Positions 21,007-30,498 are shown, numbered from the stretch's first letter. The stretch: 64,000 nt of DNA from Oscillospiraceae bacterium (GCA_015067075.1 SVND01000004.1:2-64001); one strand, 5' to 3'. Program-made: numbers and translations. The notes: generated by a model not told the origin, from the sequence alone.

Positions 21007-21658
21007 CAACAAGACTTTTCAGCATATTTCTGCCGTATATATCATTTTTTTCCGGAATATAAAGCGTGCATATACTGCCGCGTTTTAAAGCCGTGTACGC
21101 TATAAGCTGTCCATTTTCACCGTAGAAGCGGCTGGATGGCGTTATGTAAAGCGTCATAAACTGCGGCTGCTCCAGAGTTTTACTCAGCAGTACGGTCACC
21201 GTGTTATTGCTGACACGCTCGATTACTGCGTTATTTACGGCGACACAGCCCTGCGTCTGCGGTGTTTGCGCGCTTACTTGATCAGCCAGCACCACAACTC
21301 GCATTGCTTGCGCTTTTTTCGGCACACCCTCAGCGAAATCAGCTTCGCTGAAATACAGCGCCGCGAAGGTGCCCGGTGTGATATCGGCAACTGTAAGCGC
21401 TCTACCCGTAGCTTGCTCCACGATGGTGCTCGTTGGCTTTATAAGCGCAAGGATTGACGTGTTTTTTCCTGTTTCAGCATTTTTGAACGTAAAATACAGC
21501 TCACGGGTATATCCGTTATTCGATGTAAACATGGCACGCTGAACGAGCCTGTATCCTTCGATAGGGTATATCTGCACGAAAATCTCTTCGTGAATTTCCG
21601 CACAGCCTGTAAAAATAAATATGAATATAAAAAACGGACAAAGCATTTTTTTGAGCAT
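20996..21658 (-). CDS. hypothetical lipoprotein
   Basis: Start placed at MLKKMLCPFFIFIFIFTGC (lipobox FTGC) behind AAGGAG. No other motif recognised. Confidence 0.6.
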   Translation of the reverse strand: MLKKMLCPFFIFIFIFTGCAEIHEEIFVQIYPIEGYRLVQRAMFTSNNGYTRELYFTFKNAETGKNTSILALIKPTSTIVEQATGRALTVADITPGTFAALYFSEADFAEGVPKKAQAMRVVVLADQVSAQTPQTQGCVAVNNAVIERVSNNTVTVLLSKTLEQPQFMTLYITPSSRFYGENGQLIAYTALKRGSICTLYIPEKNDIYGRNMLKSLVVTS

Positions 21659-21718
21659 ACGACGTTCTCCTTTCACCCATGTCAAATTCTATGCGTTGTC
21701 CGTTTAAATATTACTGTT

Positions 21719-22171
21719 TTACTGCTCTATTCCAAGCTGTTTATCCAATATGCGCGCCGCACAAGCCACATATTCCGCGCAGGGACGGCGTTTATAATAG
21801 CTTTCCGTTCTCTTTTCAGGCGTCGGCTCATCCGCTCCGCTCGGAAGCTCCAAAAGCTCACGGCAGATATAACTTCCGTTTTCCTCGGCAAACTGCTTTG
21901 CAAGGGACTGAATAAGAGCATAATGCGATGCCTTCGCCTCGTTGTCGTTGACATCGTACGCCCCGTACTTTACGCCGGCAACCATCAGCATTCCCGATAC
22001 AGCGCCGCATACCTCGCGCAGTCTTCCCATACCGCCGCCAAAAGAGGAGCTTATGGCAAGAGCCGTTTTTTCATCAAATCCCGTCACGTCTGAAAATGCG
22101 CAAAATACAGCCTGCGCACAATTCATTCCGCCGTGGAAAAGCTCCCTTGCTTTTTCCTCATGCTTCTTCAT
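21719..22171 (-). CDS. C_GCAxxG_C_C-family protein
   Basis: 150 aa. Motifs GMNCAQAVFCAF and ICRELL...C..Y. ATGA overlap with the upstream Mrp gene. Confidence 0.8.
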   Translation of the reverse strand: MKKHEEKARELFHGGMNCAQAVFCAFSDVTGFDEKTALAISSSFGGGMGRLREVCGAVSGMLMVAGVKYGAYDVNDNEAKASHYALIQSLAKQFAEENGSYICRELLELPSGADEPTPEKRTESYYKRRPCAEYVACAARILDKQLGIEQ

Positions 22172-23016
22172 TTTACACCCTCTGTTTTAACACTTTCAAT
22201 TTTAGCGAGCGTATTGTCAAGCAATGTGTCACTTTCAAACAGCTCTATTGTTCCGCTGTCCACGTTAGCCGCGATCTCAGGCATAATGGGCAGTCTGTCA
22301 AGAACCTCAAGTCCAAATTCCTCGGCAACCTTTTCAATGTGGCTGTCTCCGAATATCTTATGCTCCTTGCCGCAATCGGGGCATTTTACGTAGCTCATGT
22401 TTTCAACGATACCTAAAACGGGAATGTCCATCATTTTCGCCATTTTTACAGCCTTTTCAACTATCATTGATACAAGCTCCTGAGGCGATGTGACGATTAT
22501 TATTCCGTCAACGGGAATAGATTGGAAAACCGTAAGGGGAACGTCGCCCGTTCCGGGAGGCATATCGATATACATACAGTCAATATCGCCCCAAATAACA
22601 TTCGTCCAAAACTGCTTTACCGTTCCGCCAATAACGGGACCTCTCCAAATTACGGGATCGGTATCGTTTGCCAAAAGCAAATTCAATGACATTACGTCGA
22701 TACCGAATTTTGATTTTACGGGATATATTCCCGATTCGTCGCCTTTTGCGCGCTCGTGGATACCAAACGCCTTCGGAACGGACGGACCCGTTATATCAGC
22801 GTCAAGGATAGCCGTTTTATTACCTGCTCTGTTTGATTTTACAGCAAGCATTGACGTTACAAGAGATTTACCTACTCCGCCCTTACCGCTGACTACAGCG
22901 ATAACCTTTTTGATCTGTGAAAGCTCATGGGGCTTTTCTATAAAGCTCTGCTTCTCCTTGCGGCTCGAGCAATTTTGTGAGCAGCTTGAGCAGTTGTGTG
23001 TGCAATTTTCAGCCAT
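22168..23016 (-). CDS. Mrp/NBP35/ApbC-family Fe-S cluster carrier ATPase
   Basis: 282 aa. Deviant Walker A SGKGGVGKS, CPDCG motif, Cys-rich N-terminus CTHNCSSCSQNC. Confidence 0.88.
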   Translation of the reverse strand: MAENCTHNCSSCSQNCSSRKEKQSFIEKPHELSQIKKVIAVVSGKGGVGKSLVTSMLAVKSNRAGNKTAILDADITGPSVPKAFGIHERAKGDESGIYPVKSKFGIDVMSLNLLLANDTDPVIWRGPVIGGTVKQFWTNVIWGDIDCMYIDMPPGTGDVPLTVFQSIPVDGIIIVTSPQELVSMIVEKAVKMAKMMDIPVLGIVENMSYVKCPDCGKEHKIFGDSHIEKVAEEFGLEVLDRLPIMPEIAANVDSGTIELFESDTLLDNTLAKIESVKTEGVK

Positions 23017-23160
23017 TGCAAATTACCATACCTTTCTTTTTACACAATTTCGCCGAATTTTCATCTCTTTCAGCATAATTATATTTATTATACCCCACTT
23101 GCCCGTAAAAATCAAGAATAAAATATTATATTATGTCAACAATTATATGCAGCTTTTTCT

Positions 23161-23189
23161 TGACATACCTAATATTATCTGTTACAATA
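23161..23189 (+). promoter_or_regulatory. putative sigma-A promoter of the GH130/phosphomutase pair
   Basis: TTGACA, 17-nt spacer, TACAAT. Confidence 0.6.
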
Positions 23190-23225
23190 TTATATATACT
23201 ATTAAATAAAGGAAGGTAAACCAAA

Positions 23226-24170
23226 ATGGAATTTGCAACGAAAAAATATATGGTCAAGTATGAGAACAATCCCGTTATGTCTCCCTCTATGATGCCTATT
23301 CAGTGTCTTTATACTTTCAACCCCGGCGCTATCAAATATAAAGACGAATACATCCTTATGATGGACGTTACAACGCTTGACGATATTCACCGTATCTGGA
23401 TCGCTCGCAGCAAGGACGGCTACAACTTCAAAGCTGATCCCCAGCCTCCGAAGTGGCCTGCTCCCGACCCGACACATCCCGAAACCTGCACATACGACCC
23501 GCGTATCACTCAGATAGGCGACGAATTCATCATCCTTTACGCCAGCGACCTTAGCCAGAATAACGTCCGTGTCGGCATCATCAAGACAAAGGATTTCGAA
23601 ACATTTGAGCGTGTAGCTATCGCCAGCGAGCTCGGCAACCGTAACGGTGCTCTCTTCCCGGAAAAGATAAACGGACTTTACTGCCGTCTTGACCGTCCCT
23701 TCGGCAACGAGCAGGATCCCTGCTCCATGTGGGTAAGCTACTCTCCCGACCTTGTTTTCTGGGGCAAGAGCGAGCCTGTTAAGTTCAACGGCGTTCCCTT
23801 CATGGACGGCTTTAAGATGGGTGCAGGCGCTGTTCCCATCCGCGTAAAAGAAGGCTGGCTTGAATTCTATCACACTGTTTCCACGACCTGCAACGGCTTT
23901 ATTTACAGAATCAAAGCTTGCATCCTTGACGCTGAAAATCCCGCAAAGATCCTCGGCTATACAAAGGATTTCCTTCTCTATCCCGAACCGCAGAACGATT
24001 ATGAAAACGAAGGCAGAGTCGGCAACGTTACGTTCATTTGCAACGCTATCCCCGAACCTGACGGCTCCATCAAGATCTACTACGGTGCTGCTGACACGAA
24101 TATCGGTCTTGCAACTTGCAATATGCAGGAGATCATCGACCTTTGCATGGCAAATCCCTGCAACGAATAA
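23226..24170 (+). CDS. glycoside hydrolase family 130-like (beta-mannoside phosphorylase/hydrolase type)
   Basis: 314 aa. N-terminal NPVMSP....FNPGAI, RIWIARSKDG and DPRIT blades, typical five-bladed propeller GH130 size. Confidence 0.7.
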   Translation: MEFATKKYMVKYENNPVMSPSMMPIQCLYTFNPGAIKYKDEYILMMDVTTLDDIHRIWIARSKDGYNFKADPQPPKWPAPDPTHPETCTYDPRITQIGDEFIILYASDLSQNNVRVGIIKTKDFETFERVAIASELGNRNGALFPEKINGLYCRLDRPFGNEQDPCSMWVSYSPDLVFWGKSEPVKFNGVPFMDGFKMGAGAVPIRVKEGWLEFYHTVSTTCNGFIYRIKACILDAENPAKILGYTKDFLLYPEPQNDYENEGRVGNVTFICNAIPEPDGSIKIYYGAADTNIGLATCNMQEIIDLCMANPCNE

Positions 24171-24191
24171 TCTGAAAGAGGAATACTTTTT

Positions 24192-25898
24192 ATGGGTGAA
24201 TACGACAGAGATTTTTCTGTATGGCTTGAAAAAGCCATTGAAGATCCCGATCTAACTGAAGAACTGCTCTCGATCCAAGGCAACGAGGACGAGATCATGG
24301 ACAGATTTTACCGTGAGCTCGCCTTTGGTACAGGCGGCTTGCGCGGCGTTATCGGCGCAGGCGAAAACCGTATGAACATTTATACGGTTCGCCGTGCCAC
24401 TCAAGGTCTCGCCGATTACCTCAACGCAAAGTGCTCTGCACCCAGCGTTGCCATCTCCTTCGACTCCAGAATCAAATCCGACCTTTTCGCCAAAGAAGCG
24501 GCAAGAGTTTTGGCAGGTAACGGCATTCGTGTCCACATTTTTGACACATTACAGCCCACGCCCGTGCTTTCCTTCGCCGTTCGCTATTTCAAATGCGATG
24601 GCGGTCTTATGCTCACAGCCAGCCACAACCCAGCTAAGTACAACGGCTACAAATGCTACGGTGCCGACGGCTGCCAGATGACTGACTTTGATGCAGGCGA
24701 GGTTACTAAATTTATAAGCAAGGTGCGTATTTTCGACGACGTTAAGCTTGCTGACTTTTCAAGCGAGCTTATCTCCCACATGGGTAGCGACGTGCTCGAA
24801 GCGTTTTACGACGCTATTATGGCACGCAGAGTTTATCCCGGTATTTGTGCCGAGTCGGGACTCAAGCTTGTTTATACGCCCCTCAACGGCACGGGTAACG
24901 TCCCCGTTCGTGAGATTCTTTCCCGTTTGGGTCTTAACGACGTGACTGTCGTTAAGGAGCAGGAAATGCCCGACGGCAACTTCCCCACTGTGCCTTACCC
25001 CAATCCCGAGATCCCCGATGTTTTCGTTATCGGTAAGGAGCTTGCCGCAAGCGTTGACGCTGATATGATATTGGCGACAGACCCCGACTGCGACAGACTC
25101 GGTATTGCCGTTCGTGACAGCGACGGCAGCTACAAGCTGATGACAGGTAACGAGGTCGGCTGCTTGCTTCTCAACTACGTTCTTGAAGGACGCACGGAAA
25201 TGGGTACGCTTCCGAAAGATCCCGTTGCCGTTACGACTATCGTTTCCTCGGAAATGTCAGGTCCCATCGCTGACAAGTACGGCTGTGAGGTACGCCGCGT
25301 TCTGACAGGCTTTAAGTATATCGGCGAGCAAATAGGATTTTTAGAAGCTGAAGGTCATGAGGAGCGCTTTGTATTCGGCTTTGAGGAAAGCTACGGATAT
25401 ATGGCAGGTGGGTACGTCCGCGATAAGGACGGCGTCGTTGCCTCAATGCTCATTTGCGAAGCCGCCGCATATTATAAGAGCAAGGGACTTACCTTGCTTG
25501 AGCAGATGCAAAAGCTTTACGATGAGTTTGGTGCATACCGCGACAAGCTGATAAATACTGTTTTTGAAGGCGCGGCAGGTATGACGGCTATGGCTGAGCT
25601 TATGGCAAGCATTCGCCGTGAGCCGCCCACATCATTCGGCCCGCTCAATATCGTTTCCTTTGCCGACTACAAAAACAAGGTCAAAACAAACCTTATCGAC
25701 GGCTCGAAGCAAGAGCTTACTCTCCCCTCCTCCAACGTTCTCGCGTTCGTTTTAGAGGACGGAAGCGATATTATCATTCGTCCTTCAGGCACAGAGCCGA
25801 AGATCAAGGTATATATCCTTGCTCGTGCTGAAACTGTTGCCGAAGCCGATGAAAAGGTCGTTAAGCTGACGGAAGCTGCAAAAATATTGCTTAAATAA
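24192..25898 (+). CDS. phosphoglucomutase/phosphomannomutase-family phospho-sugar mutase
   Basis: 568 aa. Active-site loop TASHNPAKYNGYK, Mg loop ATDPDCDR, GFEESYGY. Confidence 0.9.
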   Translation: MGEYDRDFSVWLEKAIEDPDLTEELLSIQGNEDEIMDRFYRELAFGTGGLRGVIGAGENRMNIYTVRRATQGLADYLNAKCSAPSVAISFDSRIKSDLFAKEAARVLAGNGIRVHIFDTLQPTPVLSFAVRYFKCDGGLMLTASHNPAKYNGYKCYGADGCQMTDFDAGEVTKFISKVRIFDDVKLADFSSELISHMGSDVLEAFYDAIMARRVYPGICAESGLKLVYTPLNGTGNVPVREILSRLGLNDVTVVKEQEMPDGNFPTVPYPNPEIPDVFVIGKELAASVDADMILATDPDCDRLGIAVRDSDGSYKLMTGNEVGCLLLNYVLEGRTEMGTLPKDPVAVTTIVSSEMSGPIADKYGCEVRRVLTGFKYIGEQIGFLEAEGHEERFVFGFEESYGYMAGGYVRDKDGVVASMLICEAAAYYKSKGLTLLEQMQKLYDEFGAYRDKLINTVFEGAAGMTAMAELMASIRREPPTSFGPLNIVSFADYKNKVKTNLIDGSKQELTLPSSNVLAFVLEDGSDIIIRPSGTEPKIKVYILARAETVAEADEKVVKLTEAAKILLK

Positions 25899-25910
25899 AG
25901 AGATAAAGAT

Positions 25911-26135
25911 ATGAAAATGTTTCTTTCTCTACTGTTGGCAATGCTCGTGCTCTTTTCCTGCACCGTAGTATTTGCTGACAGCGAACAGACATCAGATATA
26001 CCTGTTCCCACACCGAACGAGCCGCTTGAAAACCAAGCGCCTGTAAAAATTACTATTGCGGCTATCGCCGCCGTGGTGATCGGCTCTGTTATTTCAGGCT
26101 CGGTCATTATTTCCAAAAGAAAAAGAGGTAACTGA
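25911..26135 (+). CDS. small secreted/anchored protein (signal peptide plus C-terminal TM and KRKRG stop-transfer)
   Basis: 74 aa. MKMFLSLLLAMLVLFSCTVVFA...ITIAAIAAVVIGSVISGSVIISKRKRGN. Weak RBS. Confidence 0.45.
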   Translation: MKMFLSLLLAMLVLFSCTVVFADSEQTSDIPVPTPNEPLENQAPVKITIAAIAAVVIGSVISGSVIISKRKRGN

Positions 26136-26136
26136 A

Positions 26137-26514
26137 ATGATTCATGATGAACACAACATTCCGTTTCCCGGCGAGCATGAATGCGGTTGCGGTTGCGGTC
26201 ACGATCACAGCCATGACGCTCATGATGAAGGCGAATTCACTCCCACAGTTACGTTGGTCGACGACAACGGTAACGAGGTAGAGTTTATTTTCTTGGATAT
26301 GGTAGAGCACGAAGGTGCAACGTACGCCGCTCTTATCCCCGCGGAAGAAACTGACGATGACGATATGATCATTATGCGAATAGATACGGACGAAGATGGA
26401 AATGAATTTCTTTCCACTATCGAGGATGACGATGAATTCAACGCTGTCGCAGCTGAATTCGTTGAGCTTCTTTCCGATGAATTCGATTTTGACGTAAACG
26501 CAGATCAGCAGTAA
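26137..26514 (+). CDS. DUF1292-family protein with a His/Cys-rich N-terminal extension
   Basis: 125 aa. Core VTLVDDNGNEVEFIFLDMVEHEGATYAALIP, acidic tail, N-terminus HECGCGCGHDHSHDAHDE. Confidence 0.75.
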   Translation: MIHDEHNIPFPGEHECGCGCGHDHSHDAHDEGEFTPTVTLVDDNGNEVEFIFLDMVEHEGATYAALIPAEETDDDDMIIMRIDTDEDGNEFLSTIEDDDEFNAVAAEFVELLSDEFDFDVNADQQ

Positions 26515-26521
26515 AAGCTTT

Positions 26522-26551
26522 AAAGCCCGACTTTTAAAGTCGGGCTTTTTA
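26522..26551 (+). terminator. intrinsic terminator
   Basis: AGCCCGAC, 7-nt loop, GTCGGGCT, then TTTT. Confidence 0.75.
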
Positions 26552-26569
26552 ACGGTATGAGGAGGAACG

Positions 26570-27085
26570 ATGATAGTTTTAATTACAGGTGCATCCCACG
26601 TCGGCAAAACGACGCTCGCGCAAAAGCTGCTCGAAAAGTATAAATTCCCTTATTTATCCATGGACCATTTAAAAATGGGGCTTATCCGAAGTGGCAACAC
26701 TGCGCTTACACCCATGTCTGACGACGAAGAATTGACCGGTTATTTATGGCCTATCGTTCGCGAGATGATAAAAACCGCCGTCGAAAACAAACAAAACCTT
26801 ATTGTGGAGGGCTGTTATATTCCCTTTGATTGGGAAAAGGACTTTTCTTCGGAATATCTTGGCGATATAAAGTATTATTGTCTGATAATGAGCGAGGGCT
26901 ATATAAAGAAGCATTTTTCCGACGTCAAAAAGTACGCAAGCGTTATTGAACAGCGCTTAGACGATGAATGGTGTACGCTTGAAAGTGTTTTGGCGGATAA
27001 TGCACATTTTTTAAATCAGGCGCAAGCGCATGGCGCGGAATATATTCTCATTGAAGATGAATATAAGGTCGATATTGAACTGTGA
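26570..27085 (+). CDS. P-loop kinase-like protein (2-phosphoglycerate-kinase/adenylate-kinase-like)
   Basis: 171 aa. Walker A ITGASHVGKTT at the N-terminus. GGAGG RBS. Confidence 0.6.
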   Translation: MIVLITGASHVGKTTLAQKLLEKYKFPYLSMDHLKMGLIRSGNTALTPMSDDEELTGYLWPIVREMIKTAVENKQNLIVEGCYIPFDWEKDFSSEYLGDIKYYCLIMSEGYIKKHFSDVKKYASVIEQRLDDEWCTLESVLADNAHFLNQAQAHGAEYILIEDEYKVDIEL

Positions 27086-27092
27086 CACGAGG

Positions 27093-27127
27093 AACCACCT
27101 GCCATTTAAAACGGCAGGTGGTTTTTT
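27093..27127 (+). terminator. intrinsic terminator
   Basis: AACCACCTGCC, 9-nt loop, GGCAGGTGGTT, then TTTT. Confidence 0.8.
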
Positions 27128-27129
27128 GT

Positions 27130-27900
27130 ACGCGCTTCACAACCGTGCCTTTGCTCTCCTTGCCTAAAGGAGGGGGATCGCTTGCGGTGGGTGGATTCTT
27201 TCAAAAAACGCAATATGCTATATCAGCATCGTTGTCGTAGGGGCGTTCTGTGAACGCCCGCCCACGAATCGACCGCAGGCGAAGGCGGAGCAAACTATGA
27301 AAACATCGTTACCTACGATGGGACGGAGAGGGTGTTTTTATACGTCCATTTCTTCTACGCAGAAGAAATGGACAAAAGAGAGCCTCAAAACGAATAATGC
27401 GCAAAAGCTCATTATTCGTTCGGGAGGGAAGTTTCGATTCTTCCCTCCCTTTAGAATCCCTCCCATCAAAACGACTTTTTCGTCATTTTACTTGCTTCAA
27501 ATTTTTTGCCTTGGCTTTACGAAAAAGTGCTTTTTGCTCGTCGGTAAGATATGCTCGGTATGTTTTGTCGTGATTTTAAAACATAAATTGTTGGTTTTTA
27601 ATTGAATTTTCATCTCAAAAATAGGTGCTCCTATTATCCGCTCCGCAAATTTTCTTCCATTTCACATTGTTTATTGAGCGTCGGGGATAAATGCTCCGCA
27701 CGGAAACTTTTTTACTGACAAAACAACCGTAAACCTTGCCGTAGTTTTTCCCTATTACCCGTAGGGACAGGCATCCTTGACTGTCCAAACGATTGTTTTG
27801 GTCAAAAAACAAGCTTTTCTCTTGGTGTGAGGATGCCTGCTGAGCTTTTGCATATTTTGCTCTTGCGTTCGATTTTCCTTCCTTATTATCTTCACTTATT
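27130..27900. other. hairpin-dense non-coding region (possible REP-like relics or structured RNA)
   Basis: Perfect stems at 27241-27259 (7 bp), 27344-27373 (13 bp), 27389-27420 (11 bp), 27422-27449 (10 bp) and 27765-27786 (6 bp). A long-range pairing of 27717-27729 with 27790-27803 encloses the last stem. The ORFs in this region have no protein-like character. Confidence 0.5.
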
Positions 27901-27920
27901 AAAATTTTTCCAAAAAAGCC

Positions 27921-27966
27921 TTGACAAACAGTGAAATCTGTATTACAATAATAGTACACTAATACA
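27921..27966 (+). promoter_or_regulatory. putative sigma-A promoter with an overlapping palindromic operator for the GntR/ABC operon
   Basis: TTGACA (27921-27926), 17-nt spacer, TACAAT (27944-27949). Inverted repeat TGTATTA (27939-27945) ... TAATACA (27960-27966), 14 nt apart. Confidence 0.55.
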
Positions 27967-27972
27967 AAAGAG

Positions 27973-28350
27973 GTGATGAAATTGAATTGGACACTTGACA
28001 AATCCCGTCCCATATGTCCGCAAATTTGCGAGCTTGTCTGCGTTGCAATTGCAAACGGTGAATTTTCGGCGGGAGAAAAGCTTTTTTCGGTCAGAGAGAT
28101 TGCGCTTTTGGCGGGTGTCAATCCGAACACAGTTCAAAAATCCTTTGAGGAGCTTGAACGACGCGGTGTTATCCATTCCGTGCGCTGTTCGGGATGGTAT
28201 GTAAACGAAAACATTGAAGCCGCATCATCCGAGGTGAGCGCCTTGCGCATGAAAAAAACGCAGGAATACCTTGCTGTAATGTCACAGCTCGGATGCCAAA
28301 CGGATGAGATCATCCGATATATCAATGAATGTCAAGGAGGTAAACAATGA
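27973..28350 (+). CDS. GntR-family (YtrA-like) transcriptional regulator
   Basis: 125 aa. Winged HTH GEKLFSVREIALLAGVNPNTVQKSFEELERRGVI, short C-terminal helix pair. The true start may be TTG at 27982, which is better spaced from GAGGTG. Confidence 0.85.
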   Translation: MMKLNWTLDKSRPICPQICELVCVAIANGEFSAGEKLFSVREIALLAGVNPNTVQKSFEELERRGVIHSVRCSGWYVNENIEAASSEVSALRMKKTQEYLAVMSQLGCQTDEIIRYINECQGGKQ

Positions 28351-29045
28351 ACGAGCTTCTTAAATGTACGGAGCTGACAAAAAGCTACGGCAACGTACTT
28401 GCGCTTAATAAAATCGATCTTACCATTGAACCGGGTAAGGTCATCGGAATTTTAGGTCCTAACGGTTCGGGAAAAACAACGCTTATAAAGCTTATCAACG
28501 GCCTGCTTACTCCCACTTCAGGAAGCATACTCGTTAACGGAATGACGCCCGGCATCGAAACGAAAAAGATAGTTTCCTATCTGCCCGACAACAATTTTTT
28601 GATGCCGTGGATGACGGCAGAGCAGATAGTTGAGCTCTTTTGCGATTTTTATGAGGATTTCCGCCCCGAGCTTGCTTACGAAATGCTTGATCGTCTCGGT
28701 GTTCCCAAAAATATGCGGCTTAAAAACCTTTCCAAAGGTAACAAGGAAAAGGTGTGCCTGATACTCATTATGAGCAGAAATGCACTTCTTTACGTCCTTG
28801 ACGAGCCCATTGCGGCTGTTGACCCTGCGACGAGAGATTACGTCATCTCTACCATCATCAACAATTATAACCCCGACGCTTCCGTGCTCATTTCCACGCA
28901 TCTTATTTCGGATATTGAGTCCGTGCTGGATGAGGCAATATTTATAAACCGCGGACACATCATGCTTCACAAGACGGTAGATGAGATACGCGAAGAAAAA
29001 GGCATGAGCGTTGACGCTCTTTTCAGGGAGGTATTCAAATGGTAA
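28347..29045 (+). CDS. ABC transporter ATP-binding protein
   Basis: 232 aa. Walker A GPNGSGKTT, signature LSKGNKEKV, Walker B LYVLDEP. ATGA overlap with the GntR gene. Confidence 0.9.
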   Translation: MNELLKCTELTKSYGNVLALNKIDLTIEPGKVIGILGPNGSGKTTLIKLINGLLTPTSGSILVNGMTPGIETKKIVSYLPDNNFLMPWMTAEQIVELFCDFYEDFRPELAYEMLDRLGVPKNMRLKNLSKGNKEKVCLILIMSRNALLYVLDEPIAAVDPATRDYVISTIINNYNPDASVLISTHLISDIESVLDEAIFINRGHIMLHKTVDEIREEKGMSVDALFREVFKW

Positions 29046-29845
29046 AGAAGCTAATGAAATATGAACTTACATACTATTTCCGCACCCTCGGTCTGTTTTT
29101 GCCCGTTGTTTTTCTTGGCGGAATAATGACAAAAATAAGCCGTTTTTTCAGCAGTAGCGATGAGATGAGCGGTTTTGTCAGCATATCAGTTAAAGATGCT
29201 ATCGGTGCAATGATTGAAGGCGTTTTTCTCATGTTATCTATAGCGCTTTATGTTTTTTCCATCTCGCTTATCATCATTCGCTTTTATAAAAATATGTACT
29301 CTTCGGAAGGTTATCTAACCTTTACGCTGCCCGTCAGCAACAGAACGCATATTTTTGTAAAGCTTTTTGCGGCTATAATAATCCTTTTGCTAAGCCACCT
29401 AATAGTTATCGCTAGCGTATTTATTGCACTTTGGGGCCTAGACCTTTATTACTTACTTACAGAAATGGCTATATCTTTATTCGCGGACGGTATAGGAAAC
29501 GCAATTGCACTTATCGCAGAGTTAATAGTTATGGTCTTATCCCTTGATATATCGATCGTACTTTTTTGCTACTTCTGCATCACCATCGGTCAGACAGCCA
29601 AAAAGAACAGAATACTTAAAGCCTTCGGTGTGTTTTTCATCTGTTTCATTATAGTGCAGATAGCGCTGAGCACTTTATACTTGACAGTTTTCGTGACAGA
29701 TGAGTTTAAACGTTGGTCTATCGCACATATGTTACTCTTTAACCATATATCAGTCTGCTCTATTATAGTAATCAACTCAATCGCATCCGTTATTTTTTGG
29801 TTTGTAACACAAGCTATAATGACAAAAAAACTCAACCTTGAATAA
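29039..29845 (+). CDS. polytopic membrane protein (putative ABC-2-type permease partner)
   Basis: 268 aa, about 6 hydrophobic segments. Overlaps the ATPase gene by 7 nt. Confidence 0.65.
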   Translation: MVKKLMKYELTYYFRTLGLFLPVVFLGGIMTKISRFFSSSDEMSGFVSISVKDAIGAMIEGVFLMLSIALYVFSISLIIIRFYKNMYSSEGYLTFTLPVSNRTHIFVKLFAAIIILLLSHLIVIASVFIALWGLDLYYLLTEMAISLFADGIGNAIALIAELIVMVLSLDISIVLFCYFCITIGQTAKKNRILKAFGVFFICFIIVQIALSTLYLTVFVTDEFKRWSIAHMLLFNHISVCSIIVINSIASVIFWFVTQAIMTKKLNLE

Positions 29846-29879
29846 GGTGTTCAAGCAAAAAAATGAAAGGTGGATGTAA

Positions 29880-30422
29880 ATGAAAAAGATATTCTTAATT
29901 TACGCTTCGGCATTCGTCGCCGTTATTCTGATAATTGCTATCGCTATAACAAGCTCATTCATGCATGTAAATATGACGAGAAAAGCTCATGTCGAGAAAG
30001 CATATGCCACGGTTACAGAGCTTGCTTCAAGGGAAAATATAGACGATCTTGTTTTGACCATATATCATAACCCCGATTGGTATTTTTATGAATACCGCAA
30101 AAACCACTCTGATGATTATTGGACAACTTTTGCTAGCAATATTCCCACCAAAGAAATATTAAAAGGTGAGGAAATAAGACCTATATTAGAAAGCTATAAG
30201 CAGTTCACACCCGAACAGATAAAATCTGTTTATCCGTACCCCAGTATGTTTTGGATAGATTTTTTCTATGTTTTCGAAACGGAAAGCGAGGGCGAAATAC
30301 TTGAAATTATGGGTGGTTCGTCAACTGAAATGGATTACGAAACAGATACTGTTCCGTCTCAAAGTTACGTAATAATCAACGGTATGGATTTTGAGGATCA
30401 TTTCAATCAATTTGCACAGTAA
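29880..30422 (+). CDS. hypothetical membrane-anchored protein
   Basis: 180 aa. N-terminal TM IFLIYASAFVAVILIIAIAI. No other motif recognised. Confidence 0.5.
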   Translation: MKKIFLIYASAFVAVILIIAIAITSSFMHVNMTRKAHVEKAYATVTELASRENIDDLVLTIYHNPDWYFYEYRKNHSDDYWTTFASNIPTKEILKGEEIRPILESYKQFTPEQIKSVYPYPSMFWIDFFYVFETESEGEILEIMGGSSTEMDYETDTVPSQSYVIINGMDFEDHFNQFAQ

Positions 30423-30439
30423 AAAGCTTTTTAAAGCAG

Positions 30440-30486
30440 AAAGAGAGAACAAAACGGTTATTCCGTAATGTTCTCTCTTTTTTAAT
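30440..30486. terminator. bidirectional terminator between convergent genes
   Basis: AAAGAGAGAAC, 19-nt loop, GTTCTCTCTTT, then TTTTT. An A-run lies upstream. Confidence 0.6.
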
Positions 30487-30498
30487 TTGCCTTTTGTT

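Noticed and set aside
22490-23873. ORFs 22490-23209 (+) and 23202-23873 (-), of 239 and 223 aa.
   Set aside because: They lie antisense to the Mrp/ApbC gene and the GH130 gene respectively, with no motifs or plausible RBS.
27297-28130. ORFs 27297-27605 (+, 102 aa) and 27615-28130 (-, 171 aa) in the long intergenic region.
   Set aside because: The translations are driven by hairpin repeats (for example FRFFPPFRIPP) and do not look like proteins. The minus-strand ORF also runs through the GntR promoter and 5' coding region. I treated the region as non-coding structured DNA.
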